Virus record (IMG/VR): IMGVR_UViG_3300012269_000002
Span: 82,407 to 146,406 of that record
Length of the DNA stretch: 64,000 bases
Reading direction: 5' to 3' (one strand)
Source: a virus
Lineage: Duplodnaviria; Heunggongvirae; Uroviricota; Caudoviricetes
Shown: positions 20,150 to 28,941 of the stretch, piece by piece
Layout of the letters: each line of letters begins with the position of its first letter
Numbering within the stretch: the first letter of the stretch is position 1
The notes under the pieces: generated by a model
What the model saw: the letters and a program-made list of their open reading frames with translations, nothing else
What the model was told of the DNA's origin: nothing
Database searches by the model: none
Program-made: the position numbers and the translations under genes

Positions 20150-20212
20150 ACTATAATATATAATATATAATAAATTATATATAATATTATATATAATATA
20201 TACAATATGGAA
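20150..20212. repeat. AT-only low-complexity microsatellite-like region ((ata/tat)n)
   Basis: Direct reading of the 410-nt noncoding gap upstream of the DUF2828 gene. Confidence 0.6.
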
Positions 20213-20332
20213 ATTACTTGGAATTATAATTTTTTAGAAACAATTGGTTTTATAATTACTTCAATATTTGTTTTTTTGGTAATATTGAGGGTACTTGTAA
20301 TTTTATGGTTGTGGGTTAATTTTAGAAACTAA
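20207..20332 (+). CDS. possible small hydrophobic peptide (41 aa, MEITWNYNFLETIGFIITSIFVFLVILRVLVILWLWVNFRN)
   Basis: Manual translation. Below the ORF-track size cut-off. A single TM helix. Speculative. Confidence 0.2.
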   Translation: MEITWNYNFLETIGFIITSIFVFLVILRVLVILWLWVNFRN

Positions 20333-20482
20333 ATATAACAAGTGAAAAAGGGTTTGTAGTAACAGTTGGAATCCTGAAACCCTGAGGTTAAAAACCAATA
20401 CCCATTAAGCTCGTCAGTAACCAACTTTTATTGTTATATAAAAAAAAATTAAATTTTACTTGTTTTATCCAAAATAAGTTAC

Positions 20483-20490
20483 TATATTTG
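20483..20490 (+). promoter_or_regulatory. Bacteroidetes-type -7 promoter element TAnnTTTG (tatatttg) upstream of gene 20523
   Basis: The motif TATATTTG recurs 20-40 nt upstream of many starts in this window. It matches the Bacteroidetes sigma-A -7 consensus. Confidence 0.45.
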
Positions 20491-20522
20491 CACTCAACAA
20501 TAATAATCAAAATTTTAAAGTT

Positions 20523-21977
20523 ATGAAACTAATAGATGCAATGAGAACTAATGATGCGTTCACAGAAAATGGTATGACAACAAATTCAACATCCTTGAAT
20601 TTATGTGTTGATTTATTCTTTAAAATCGGAGCCTTAAGGGGTAAGGGCAAAAGAGATAAGATAAATGCATTTTCAAAGGCGTTCGGTGAAAACCCACTAT
20701 TGGCCATGAAAATATTATTTTGGGCTAGGGATATTAGAGGTGGTGCTGGTGAAAGAGAAACCTTTAGGGAAATTGTTGTTTATTTATCAAATAACCACCC
20801 AGATGTGTTAGGTAAGAATTTAAACTTATTTTCCGAGTTTGGTAGGTGGGACGATTTACTTGTTCTAATAGGTACTAAATTAGAAAATGAAGTTTTGGTT
20901 ATTATAAAATCAGCCCTTGATAGGGGTGATGGTTTATGTTCCAAATGGCTTCCAAGGGGCAATACAAAAAACAGGGAAAGAAAATTATGGGCTAAAGCTA
21001 TAAGAAACTACTTAGGTCTTTCACCAAAAGAATATAGAACCTTATTAGTTGGATTATCAAACACTGTTGAGCAATTAATGTGCGCTAAGAAATTTGATGC
21101 AATCACATATTCTCACGTACCATCTAAGGCTATGTCCGATTATATGAAATCATTTTCGAGAAATGATACCCAAAGATTTGGTTCTTATTTGCAATCAGTC
21201 GAAAAGGGTGAAGCTACGATTAATGCTGGTGCGGTTTATCCATATGATATAATAAAAAGTTTAAAACAAGGTAACTCAGATGGTGCTAACGCACAATGGG
21301 GTGCACTACCTAACTATTTAGAAGGTAATGGCGAACGTTTACTCCCACTTGTAGATGTATCTGGTTCAATGACCTGTCCAGCTGGTGGTAGTAAATCGGT
21401 TACTTGTATGGACGTTGCAATATCTCTTGGGTTATATATTTCAGAGCGTAATGTTGGTGCATTTAAAGATGCGTTTCTAACATTCACGAGTCAACCTAAA
21501 TTAGAGGTCCTTAAAGGTAGTTTAAATGATAGGTTCACTCAATTGAGTAGAGCTGACTGGGGTGGGAGCACTAATATACAAGCCGCATTTGAAACAATTT
21601 TAACTAAAGCCAAGTCTAGCGATGTGCTACAATCCGATATGCCTACCATGTTATTAATTTTAAGTGATATGCAGTTTGACTTTGCAACTGGTAATAATGG
21701 TTGGGGGGTTTCTCATCCAGTCTGGAACCCAAGTGCTCAACAAATGGTTGAAAAAATGTATGCCGATTCTGGTTATAAAATGCCAAAACTTGTTTACTGG
21801 AACTTAAATTCAAGAAATGATAACAGCCCCGTTTCTTTTGATAAACAAGGTACGGCACTTGTTAGCGGATTTAGTGTTTCATTGTTAAAGAACCTTTTGG
21901 GTGGTAAGGATATGACACCATTATCTATGATGATGGATATTGTTAACTCTGATAGGTACGATAGTATTACAATATAA
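20523..21977 (+). CDS. DUF2828/TROVE-like N-terminal domain plus C-terminal von Willebrand factor A (vWA, MIDAS DxSGSM) protein
   Basis: The N-terminus (TENGMTTNSTSLNLCVDLFFKIGALRG) resembles DUF2828 family starts. VDVSGSMTCPAGGSKSVTCMDVAISLG is a vWA MIDAS motif. The architecture parallels Ro60-like TROVE+vWA proteins. Confidence 0.45.
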   Translation: MKLIDAMRTNDAFTENGMTTNSTSLNLCVDLFFKIGALRGKGKRDKINAFSKAFGENPLLAMKILFWARDIRGGAGERETFREIVVYLSNNHPDVLGKNLNLFSEFGRWDDLLVLIGTKLENEVLVIIKSALDRGDGLCSKWLPRGNTKNRERKLWAKAIRNYLGLSPKEYRTLLVGLSNTVEQLMCAKKFDAITYSHVPSKAMSDYMKSFSRNDTQRFGSYLQSVEKGEATINAGAVYPYDIIKSLKQGNSDGANAQWGALPNYLEGNGERLLPLVDVSGSMTCPAGGSKSVTCMDVAISLGLYISERNVGAFKDAFLTFTSQPKLEVLKGSLNDRFTQLSRADWGGSTNIQAAFETILTKAKSSDVLQSDMPTMLLILSDMQFDFATGNNGWGVSHPVWNPSAQQMVEKMYADSGYKMPKLVYWNLNSRNDNSPVSFDKQGTALVSGFSVSLLKNLLGGKDMTPLSMMMDIVNSDRYDSITI

Positions 21978-22146
21978 AACTAAAGAATGTATTCAGCAAT
22001 CTAAAACATATAAATTGATACTGATAACTGGGGTCCTCTGGCTTGCCCCTAAAAAATAAGTAGCCTAAGGTGGTGTTGATAACACTTATAATCAATATTC
22101 TTATTGGGTTTGAATTAAATGCCCCCACATTCTGGTTTTAAAATTA

Positions 22147-22180
22147 AAAGGTTTATACATTAATTTGTATAAACCTTTTT
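22147..22180 (+). terminator. rho-independent terminator (10-bp stem ggtttataca/tgtataaacc plus T-run)
   Basis: Direct reading. It ends a 270-nt noncoding stretch after the DUF2828 gene. Confidence 0.6.
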
Positions 22181-22246
22181 CTATTACTTGACTATATCAA
22201 AAATAATAATTAAATTGTACTTATAATAATGATATAAACACTTAAT

Positions 22247-22465
22247 ATGAGAATATTGATAAAGGAAATGGATGAAGATGGTGTTAATAATATAACATAT
22301 CTGATGTCGGAAACTAATCAAGCGATTAGTGCGACTGTAAATAATAAAATGGAATCAACTAAAATTGTAAATAAATTAATTAACGAAAAAATAAAACCTT
22401 TTTGTAAATTGAATAACCTTAACTACATAGATAGAATTTCAACACTAAAGTATAAAAATAATTAA
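22247..22465 (+). CDS. hypothetical protein
   Basis: ORF. Confidence 0.3.
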   Translation: MRILIKEMDEDGVNNITYLMSETNQAISATVNNKMESTKIVNKLINEKIKPFCKLNNLNYIDRISTLKYKNN

Positions 22466-22466
22466 T

Positions 22467-22757
22467 ATGGAAAAAGGGTATCCACTAATAATAGTATTTT
22501 ATCTCGATAGGGATACAATAACCAATCATGATATTATGCCTCTGATAGCTAATCAGGTAAATGAAACATTAGCCTCTAGGGAATCTAACGCAATAGCCTT
22601 CTTTCTACCGACCGATGTTGAGGAAAGGGTAGTATGTATAAATCCATTACAAGTGAGTGATGTTGATATGTCAAAAATAAACACAATAGTTCAGGACCTT
22701 ATTAAAAACTTTGATATAGGTCAAGGTGGTGATGAGGGAAAGAATGATGAATATTAA
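22467..22757 (+). CDS. hypothetical protein
   Basis: ORF. Confidence 0.3.
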   Translation: MEKGYPLIIVFYLDRDTITNHDIMPLIANQVNETLASRESNAIAFFLPTDVEERVVCINPLQVSDVDMSKINTIVQDLIKNFDIGQGGDEGKNDEY

Positions 22758-22998
22758 TAATTGGTGTGTTTATATAATTGAGGTTTCCAATGGCACCTTA
22801 TATACGGGGATAACAAATAATATTGATAAACGAATAGATACACACAATAAGGGTAAAGGAGCAAAATACACTAGAAATAAGACCCCCGTAATATTAAAAA
22901 AACACTGGAGCGTAGAAAACAGGTCCGAAGCGAGTAAAATGGAATATAAGATTAAACAATTAACAAGGGATGAGAAATTAAAACTCATCCTTTCTTAA
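22747..22998 (+). CDS. small GIY-YIG nuclease-domain protein (YhbQ/UPF0213-like)
   Basis: WCVYIIEVSNGTLYTGITNNIDKRIDTHNKGKGAKYTR is a GIY-YIG core with the R and N positions. Confidence 0.55.
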   Translation: MNINNWCVYIIEVSNGTLYTGITNNIDKRIDTHNKGKGAKYTRNKTPVILKKHWSVENRSEASKMEYKIKQLTRDEKLKLILS

Positions 22999-22999
22999 T

Positions 23000-23659
23000 T
23001 TAGGGTCTGGTACTCGTTCTCCTTATCTTTTCAATGCTCCAATCCGTGTTTTCAAGAATGATACTATACATTTGTGGTATTGTTGCCTTGGAAGCTGTAC
23101 CCATAAATATTATACTCTTAATTTTATTCTTACTACACGCCTTAGCTAAAGCGTGGTGTAGTCTTTGAGCATCTTTCTTGCACTTACATATAACCATCTC
23201 AAATTGGTCTTCATTATATAGAACAAGTTTATTGTTAACTACTATCAACTGTTTTACCGTTGTTTTCTTATAGGCGTGTAACATCATTGGTTTAAGTATT
23301 TCATGAATCGTAACCCTATCAAATACTGGGTCCCGACCATACATCCAAAAAGTTTCCTCTATTTCATAATCACTGTCACTAAGTACCGTCCATAAATCAA
23401 ATATCGGTTTTTCAATATAAAGCTTACCCAAACCATCTCTGAGTGTTCGATTTTCATCAAAATCTTCCTTATCCTTAACCACCAATATCTTATATTTAAT
23501 CTTATTTATACCATGACTATTTGTATATTGTTTTGGGAATATAACATTATTGTTCTCATCGATTAACCTCCTAAAGTTATCAAAAGATGCTTCTTTAGTT
23601 TTACTTCGGTGAAGTGTTTTTTTATATCTATTATTTATCGTTAAAATGACTCTATACAT
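23000..23659 (-). CDS. hypothetical protein (minus strand)
   Basis: Long minus-strand ORF in an otherwise + strand region. No motif recognised. Confidence 0.35.
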   Translation of the reverse strand: MYRVILTINNRYKKTLHRSKTKEASFDNFRRLIDENNNVIFPKQYTNSHGINKIKYKILVVKDKEDFDENRTLRDGLGKLYIEKPIFDLWTVLSDSDYEIEETFWMYGRDPVFDRVTIHEILKPMMLHAYKKTTVKQLIVVNNKLVLYNEDQFEMVICKCKKDAQRLHHALAKACSKNKIKSIIFMGTASKATIPQMYSIILENTDWSIEKIRRTSTRP

Positions 23660-23766
23660 AGGTATAATATACGTTTTTAATGTTATATGTAAATATGTGG
23701 TTAAATGATTTTTGAAATACCTTGCATCTATAATTAATTAATAGTATATTTGTACAAACGAAATTA

Positions 23767-23997
23767 ATGAAGGAATATTTTAAAACTGGTAGTATTGGAT
23801 TAGGAATCTTATTATTTATAATTTTTCTATTTATGAAATTGGTTGGTATTGGTTCAGTAGAACATTGGTCTTGGTATTCGGTTTTTTTACCGTTATGGTT
23901 ACCAGTAACAATTTATGTACTACTATTCACATCAGTCATTATTATAAATTTTTTAAAAGATGTCGGTATTGAAATATTTAAATTCATTAAAAAATAA
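23767..23997 (+). CDS. small membrane protein (two TM helices)
   Basis: Hydrophobic ORF preceded by tatatttg at 23745-23752. Confidence 0.35.
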   Translation: MKEYFKTGSIGLGILLFIIFLFMKLVGIGSVEHWSWYSVFLPLWLPVTIYVLLFTSVIIINFLKDVGIEIFKFIKK

Positions 23998-24025
23998 ATT
24001 ATTAATTAATTAAAAAAAGTAAATT

Positions 24026-24445
24026 ATGGCTAAGTACGAAAATCCTTTTGAGGATACATTGGAAATTTTTGAAGGAGTTATTAAAAAAGCAGAACTTAAT
24101 GCTCACGTAACTATTAAAGTCTTAACTGATAACAGCCTTAAAAAAGTAGTGGCTAAAGCGGTTAGAGCAAATGATTTAGTTAAGTATGAGACTAAAAATG
24201 ATGTATATATCTTCGTAAATGAAAATATATTTGAACAATTAACGGAAGAGCAACAAGTTATGGCTGCCGATGAAGTTATTGCTGGAATCCATTATGATAT
24301 GGATAAAGATAAGTTAATTATCACACAAGAGGATATTAAAACATTTTCTGGGGTTCTATCAAAGTATGGGTATGATAACTACGAAGTTCTTCAAGAAAGT
24401 ATTAGAACTCTTTTCAGTGTTGAAAAGAACGGAGCTGAGGTATAA
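24026..24445 (+). CDS. hypothetical protein
   Basis: ORF. Confidence 0.3.
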   Translation: MAKYENPFEDTLEIFEGVIKKAELNAHVTIKVLTDNSLKKVVAKAVRANDLVKYETKNDVYIFVNENIFEQLTEEQQVMAADEVIAGIHYDMDKDKLIITQEDIKTFSGVLSKYGYDNYEVLQESIRTLFSVEKNGAEV

Positions 24446-24669
24446 TGGGTATTGATGAAGTTGCTTATTATAATTCAGAGGCAATAATTGGTATGGCCGA
24501 AAGAATTAATTTCGGACCAGTTGTTGCCTATGATGCCAGTAAAATAATAAAAATACTTACAGAAGGTGGTATGACACAAGATGAAGCTTTAGAATATTAT
24601 AATTTTAATGTTTCAGGAGCTTGGTTAGGTGAGTATTCCCCAGTATTCATATATACCGATGAATATTAA
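24445..24669 (+). CDS. hypothetical protein
   Basis: ORF. Confidence 0.3.
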   Translation: MGIDEVAYYNSEAIIGMAERINFGPVVAYDASKIIKILTEGGMTQDEALEYYNFNVSGAWLGEYSPVFIYTDEY

Positions 24670-24831
24670 TTTAAAAAATAAATTTATATGTTAGATTTTT
24701 ATAATGAATTTAAAAAATATGCTAATAACCACATGGGGATTAGCAGCATGCAATTACATTATTGGGAAAAATTCGCTATAACTTGTTCTCTTAACTAATG
24801 TTGGATATATTTATTATATAAATACTTTAAT

Positions 24832-25515
24832 GTGGGTTACATATATATGTTAATAGATAAGAGAAATGGTAAAAAATATGTTGGAAAACATAATGATAAA
24901 AAAAAAGATTATTGGTCATCTGGATTAGTCCCTAATAGAATAGCTAAAGTTCATGGTGCAATTATATTTGATAGGGTTATACTTGAAGATGATATAAATG
25001 ATAATAATTTAAATGATAAGGAAATTTATTATATTAAATTAGAAAACTCGTTTAATGATGGTTATAATTCGACTAAAGGTGGCGAGGGCGGTAATCATTG
25101 GGTTTATGATAAAACAGATGAAGAATTAAAAGAAATTAGATTAAAACAGTCTAAAAAATTAAAAGGTAGGGTCTTTAGTAAAGAAACAAAGAAAAAAATG
25201 AGCGACTCTGCCAAGGCTAAGTTTTTTACTAAGGAGCATAGGGAAAATATAGGTAAAGGTACTAAAAATAGAGGTGGGTTTCCACATAGTAATGAGACTA
25301 AAGAAAAAATAGCTAAATCTATGAGTGGTCGTAAGTCGCCAGAACATTCTAAATTTATGGTTGAGAACAATCCAAAAGCTCAGAAAGTTTCTATAAATGG
25401 TGTTGAATATGATACCATAAAAGAAGCTACTAAAAAACTTAACATAAATAGAAGTACTGTAAAATATAGATTAAATAACCATAAATTTAAAAAATGGTTT
25501 AAAATTAAAAAATAA
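24832..25515 (+). CDS. GIY-YIG homing endonuclease (N-terminal GIY-YIG, NUMOD3-like repeats, C-terminal HTH)
   Basis: GYIYMLIDKRNGKKYVGK is the GIY-x10-YIG spacing. Repeats SKETKKKMSDSAKAKF and SNETKEKIAKSMSGRK are NUMOD3-like. The C-terminus has a NINRSTVKYRLNN HTH. Confidence 0.7.
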   Translation: MGYIYMLIDKRNGKKYVGKHNDKKKDYWSSGLVPNRIAKVHGAIIFDRVILEDDINDNNLNDKEIYYIKLENSFNDGYNSTKGGEGGNHWVYDKTDEELKEIRLKQSKKLKGRVFSKETKKKMSDSAKAKFFTKEHRENIGKGTKNRGGFPHSNETKEKIAKSMSGRKSPEHSKFMVENNPKAQKVSINGVEYDTIKEATKKLNINRSTVKYRLNNHKFKKWFKIKK

Positions 25516-25519
25516 AAAT

Positions 25520-26233
25520 ATGGATTATTACGGAGAATTTAAAAAATATGCTATAGGGCATATGGGTATAAGTGGAATGCAACTCCAATCGTGGGAAAAT
25601 TTACAAAAGACATTATATAGTAACGTACAAACCATTGGGGTACCAATGGGTAGTATGACACCATATATATTAGAAGAGAGGGAACTACGTGTTACACAGC
25701 TTGATATTTTCTCCAGAATGATGATGGATAGAATTTTATGGGTCGCTGGTGTTGTTAACGATAATATGAGTAATGTTGTAGCCGCACAATTAATGTTCTT
25801 GGATAACCTAGAAACAAACGATATAACGATGCATGTCGATTCTCCAGGTGGAAGCGTAAAGGCTGGTTTAACCATGGTAGATGTTATGAATTATGTTTCA
25901 TCCGATATAGCAACAATCAATACTGGTATGGCAGCATCAATGGGTTCAATCCTATTGGGTAATGGGACCAAGGGTAAGAGATTTAGCCTTAAACATAGTA
26001 AAGTGATGTTACACCAAGTTTCTGGTGGTGCGGAAGGCCATGTTGCGGATATGAGAATATCCCTAGAGCAAGCTGATAAGTATAATGAAATATTATTTGA
26101 AATGTTAGCTAGTTTCTGCGACAAAACAAAAGAAGAAGTTCTTATCGATTGTAATAGAGATAAATGGTTGACATCAGAAGAAGCTTTAAATTATGGTATC
26201 ATCGATGGTATTATTATAAATAAAGCTGCCTAA
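25520..26233 (+). CDS. clpP: ATP-dependent Clp protease proteolytic subunit (ClpP family)
   Basis: ITMHVDSPGGSV, GMAASMGS (catalytic Ser) and the MLHQVSGG His region are conserved ClpP motifs. Confidence 0.8.
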   Translation: MDYYGEFKKYAIGHMGISGMQLQSWENLQKTLYSNVQTIGVPMGSMTPYILEERELRVTQLDIFSRMMMDRILWVAGVVNDNMSNVVAAQLMFLDNLETNDITMHVDSPGGSVKAGLTMVDVMNYVSSDIATINTGMAASMGSILLGNGTKGKRFSLKHSKVMLHQVSGGAEGHVADMRISLEQADKYNEILFEMLASFCDKTKEEVLIDCNRDKWLTSEEALNYGIIDGIIINKAA

Positions 26234-26568
26234 TGGTTGTTTCCGTAATAGGTAGTAGAACCTTTAAAGATTTTGATAGGCTTAAGATGATATTGGATGC
26301 ACTTAAGCCTACTAAAATTATATCGGGTGGCGCACTTGGTGCTGATTCATTGGGTGAAAAGTATGCGGATGATAATGGTATAGAAAAAAGTATTCATTTA
26401 CCAGATTGGGCAAAATATAATAAATCGGCTGGATTCATAAGAAATCAATTAATTATTGATGAAGGTGAAGTGATAGTGGCTTGTTGGGATTTAAAATCGA
26501 ATGGCACGGCTGATTCAATTAATAAGGCTAAATTACAAGGAAAAGATATTTATATAATATATTTTTAA
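26233..26568 (+). CDS. DUF2493/SLOG-family Rossmann-like protein
   Basis: ISGGALGADSLGEKYADDNGI ... AGFIRNQLII matches the GGAxGAD...PIRNxxM pattern of DUF2493 phage proteins. Confidence 0.4.
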   Translation: MVVSVIGSRTFKDFDRLKMILDALKPTKIISGGALGADSLGEKYADDNGIEKSIHLPDWAKYNKSAGFIRNQLIIDEGEVIVACWDLKSNGTADSINKAKLQGKDIYIIYF

Positions 26569-26597
26569 TAAACCTTGAATTATTAAATGTTTTTCAC

Positions 26598-26605
26598 TAT
26601 ATTTG
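26598..26605 (+). promoter_or_regulatory. TAnnTTTG promoter element upstream of the tmRNA-like gene
   Basis: tatatttg lies about 20 nt before the predicted tmRNA 5' end. Confidence 0.4.
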
Positions 26606-26626
26606 TATATATTTATTAAAACAATT

Positions 26627-26987
26627 GGGCGTTTTACGGAATTGATTATGGATATTCGTAATTAGTAAGGAAGTGGAGTTAGATTGGAAGCTCCTAAAAT
26701 CACTATCAAACACTTTTTAAATGGCAACGAGTTTGACATTGACAAAAATTTCCTAGATACCGCCACCTTGGGTGTTGGTATGGGAGAGGTAGCATTAGCC
26801 TAATTTAATGTTGATGGTGATAAATCACCAAATAATAGTAATCTATTAATCATGGTAATCTATGAGTGGGACCAAAACCACTATAAAAGTAAGGAAGAAT
26901 TTCGGATAGTTTGATAAATTATGACCTAAACTTCTAGAAATCTTTTGAAGAGTTTGTAAGACATGGGTTCGACTCCCATAACGTCCA
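26627..26987 (+). ncRNA. ssrA: tmRNA (ssrA)-like gene, about 361 nt
   Basis: The 5' gggcgtt pairs with the 3' aacgtcc (7 bp, one G-U) next to a tRNA-like T-arm (atggg ttcgact cccat) and discriminator A. The 5' region GGGCGUUUUACGGAAUUGAUUAUGGAUAUUCG resembles the canonical tmRNA start GGGGCUGAUUCUGGAUUCGAC. An internal frame ends ...GMGEVALA then TAA (26801-26803). A terminator follows at 26994-27020. Confidence 0.5.
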
Positions 26988-26993
26988 CTTTTA

Positions 26994-27020
26994 AAAACCC
27001 ACTTTTAGTGGGTTTTTTTA
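26994..27020 (+). terminator. rho-independent terminator after the tmRNA-like gene
   Basis: aaaaccca ctttt agtgggtttt hairpin plus T-run. Confidence 0.65.
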
Positions 27021-27071
27021 TTAAAGTAGAATTATAAAATTAATTTACAAATATTTATTTAAAAATAAATT

Positions 27072-27458
27072 ATGAATTTAAAAAAAATCATTAAAGGTTC
27101 GCTTAAAAAATATATAAACGAAGGGTTGGGAGATAAGTGGGTAAATGGTGCTGTTACTGTAACACTAAAACAATTACTTTATTTAACAAAAGATACTCCA
27201 ATCAAAAATATTCCAACGCAAAAACTATCGAAAATAGTATTAAATTGGGATGGAAATACAGATGAAATTGAAAAAATAGAAAAATCTGATTTACAATACC
27301 CTGTTTTAATTATCGTTAATGATAACAATCAATTTAAATACATATTAGATGGAAATCATAGGGTACAAAAATCAATAAAACATAATTTACCATATGTCAA
27401 ATCGAAATTAATAAAAATATCTGAATTACCTAAAAATTTTCAATATGTGTTAAGTTAA
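27072..27458 (+). CDS. ParB-like nuclease domain protein
   Basis: YILDGNHRVQKS matches the ParB/Srx DGxHR motif. Confidence 0.45.
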   Translation: MNLKKIIKGSLKKYINEGLGDKWVNGAVTVTLKQLLYLTKDTPIKNIPTQKLSKIVLNWDGNTDEIEKIEKSDLQYPVLIIVNDNNQFKYILDGNHRVQKSIKHNLPYVKSKLIKISELPKNFQYVLS

Positions 27459-27495
27459 AATATTATTTACATCTAATGTTTTTTTTGTTTTAAAC

Positions 27496-27526
27496 TTGAC
27501 ATTATGATTTTAAAATACTATATTTG
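27496..27526 (+). promoter_or_regulatory. Bacteroidetes-type promoter (TTG at -33 and tatatttg at -7) upstream of the FKBP gene
   Basis: ttgac at 27496-27500 and tatatttg at 27519-27526, about 20 nt apart. Confidence 0.45.
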
Positions 27527-27554
27527 AAGTATAAGATTTAAAAAAATTAAAATT

Positions 27555-28013
27555 ATGTCAGAAAATAGTAAATTAGTAGTAGAAAACAGTAAAATTAAAG
27601 TTCATTATACAGGTAAATTTGTTGATGGGCAAGTATTTTATTCTTCAAAAGCCGTTGAAGGATATAACTTTGAAACTAAAGAACCACTTGAAGTTGTTCT
27701 TGGTGAGGGAAAATTAATCCCAGGGTTTGAAAAAGCTCTTCAAGGAATGTCCGAAGGTGAGGTTAAAACAGTTTCAATAACTTGTGACGAGGCTTACGGA
27801 CAACCAAGAGAAGAACTTATACAAGAAGTAGAAAAACAATACCTACCAGAAACAGTTGCCGCTGGTCAAGTATTACACACTCAAAATGCTCAGGGTCAAC
27901 AAATGACCGTTGTTGTAGTTGAAGTTAAAGAAAATTCAGCATTATTGGATGCTAACCATCCACTATCTGGAAAAGATTTGGTTTTTGATTTGGAATTAGT
28001 TAGTGTTGAGTAA
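27555..28013 (+). CDS. slyD: FKBP-type peptidyl-prolyl cis-trans isomerase (SlyD-like, with IF/chaperone insert)
   Basis: VKVHYTGKFVDGQVFYSS and GEGKLIPGFEKALQGMSEGE are FKBP motifs. The inserted flap and C-terminal domain are typical of SlyD. Confidence 0.7.
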   Translation: MSENSKLVVENSKIKVHYTGKFVDGQVFYSSKAVEGYNFETKEPLEVVLGEGKLIPGFEKALQGMSEGEVKTVSITCDEAYGQPREELIQEVEKQYLPETVAAGQVLHTQNAQGQQMTVVVVEVKENSALLDANHPLSGKDLVFDLELVSVE

Positions 28014-28035
28014 ATTCTTTTGAATTTGTTTTTTT

Positions 28036-28059
28036 AAGCCTCCTTTTGGGGGCTTTTTT
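28036..28059 (+). terminator. rho-independent terminator
   Basis: agcctcc tttt gggggct followed by a T-run. Confidence 0.5.
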
Positions 28060-28094
28060 AATATTATAAAGTATTTATAATTAAACAAATTATT

Positions 28095-28355
28095 ATGAAG
28101 GAATTTATTAAAGATATCTTCACAGAAGATAAGGACGACAATAAATACTCGTCTAAAAAAACAATGGGGCTAGCCAGCGGTGTTTTATGTTGTATTGCTT
28201 TTTTATTGGATATGTTTACATTTATTAGTGTAAACATAGACATGTTTGAATCTTTATTAATTTTTTCAGCGACTATGTTAGGTGTTTCGGTAGTAAGAGG
28301 TTTCTCAAAAACAAAACAAAGTATTACTGATGAATCCAATAAAGATAATCAATAA
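28095..28355 (+). CDS. small membrane protein
   Basis: Hydrophobic ORF followed by a strong terminator. Confidence 0.35.
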   Translation: MKEFIKDIFTEDKDDNKYSSKKTMGLASGVLCCIAFLLDMFTFISVNIDMFESLLIFSATMLGVSVVRGFSKTKQSITDESNKDNQ

Positions 28356-28363
28356 TAATTAAT

Positions 28364-28392
28364 AAAGCCAGATAATTCTGGCTTTATTTTTT
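28364..28392. terminator. rho-independent terminator (perfect 8-bp stem aaagccag/ctggcttt)
   Basis: Direct reading, with A- and T-runs on both sides. A small minus-strand ORF (28399-28497, MGCGCKKNKPKPTNTT...) may also use it. Confidence 0.6.
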
Positions 28393-28529
28393 TACTTACT
28401 AGTCGGTTTATTAACGGTTCTAACTGGTGAACTCGTCTTAACGGTAGTATTAGTAGGTTTCGGTTTATTCTTCTTGCATCCACAGCCCATTATCTTTATA
28501 TTTTAATTAATTGTTATATACTAATAAAT

Positions 28530-28847
28530 ATGTTTATTTATAAAAATAAAGTGTTTCTATTTATTTTTTTTTTAATATTAGTATTTTTATATAAACAATA
28601 TATGATGTTTAAAAAGCATAAGGTTACATTTCTTAACGAATCTTGGAAGATAGTAAAAACTGATGTTTCAGTTAAAGCAATACCAAGAATACATGAAATA
28701 GTGTATTTAGTGGATGAACTAAAATACTATAGGGTTGTGAATGTTGTACATAATATTGATAAAAACCACACTATTTATGTCATAATTGAAGAATATGCTG
28801 ATGATTATGCATTAATTGAAAAAAAAAGTAAAAAAAACTTGACATAA
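28530..28847 (+). CDS. hypothetical membrane-anchored protein
   Basis: N-terminal TM helix; ORF. Confidence 0.3.
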   Translation: MFIYKNKVFLFIFFLILVFLYKQYMMFKKHKVTFLNESWKIVKTDVSVKAIPRIHEIVYLVDELKYYRVVNVVHNIDKNHTIYVIIEEYADDYALIEKKSKKNLT

Positions 28848-28869
28848 AGAATAACATTTACTATATTTG
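28838..28869 (+). promoter_or_regulatory. promoter (ttgaca ... tatatttg) upstream of the split tRNA-fMet
   Basis: cttgacat at 28838-28845 and tatatttg at 28862-28869. Confidence 0.45.
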
Positions 28870-28941
28870 TACTATATATAATAAACAAAACTTTTAAACC
28901 CACCATAGTTAATAGGTGAAAAACCTAATTAAAAGACACAT

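Noticed and set aside
25520-26233. The ClpP-like protease considered as a prohead maturation protease marking a structural module.
   Set aside because: No portal, capsid, terminase or scaffold genes are recognisable nearby. The neighbours are a homing endonuclease, a SLOG protein and a tmRNA. A housekeeping or host-manipulation ClpP role is equally likely.
26960-26990. An isolated GGTTCGACTCC T-arm, first suspected to be a standard tRNA 3' half.
   Set aside because: No matching acceptor 5' strand lies within 70-95 nt upstream. The partner (gggcgtt) lies 360 nt upstream, which fits a tmRNA instead.
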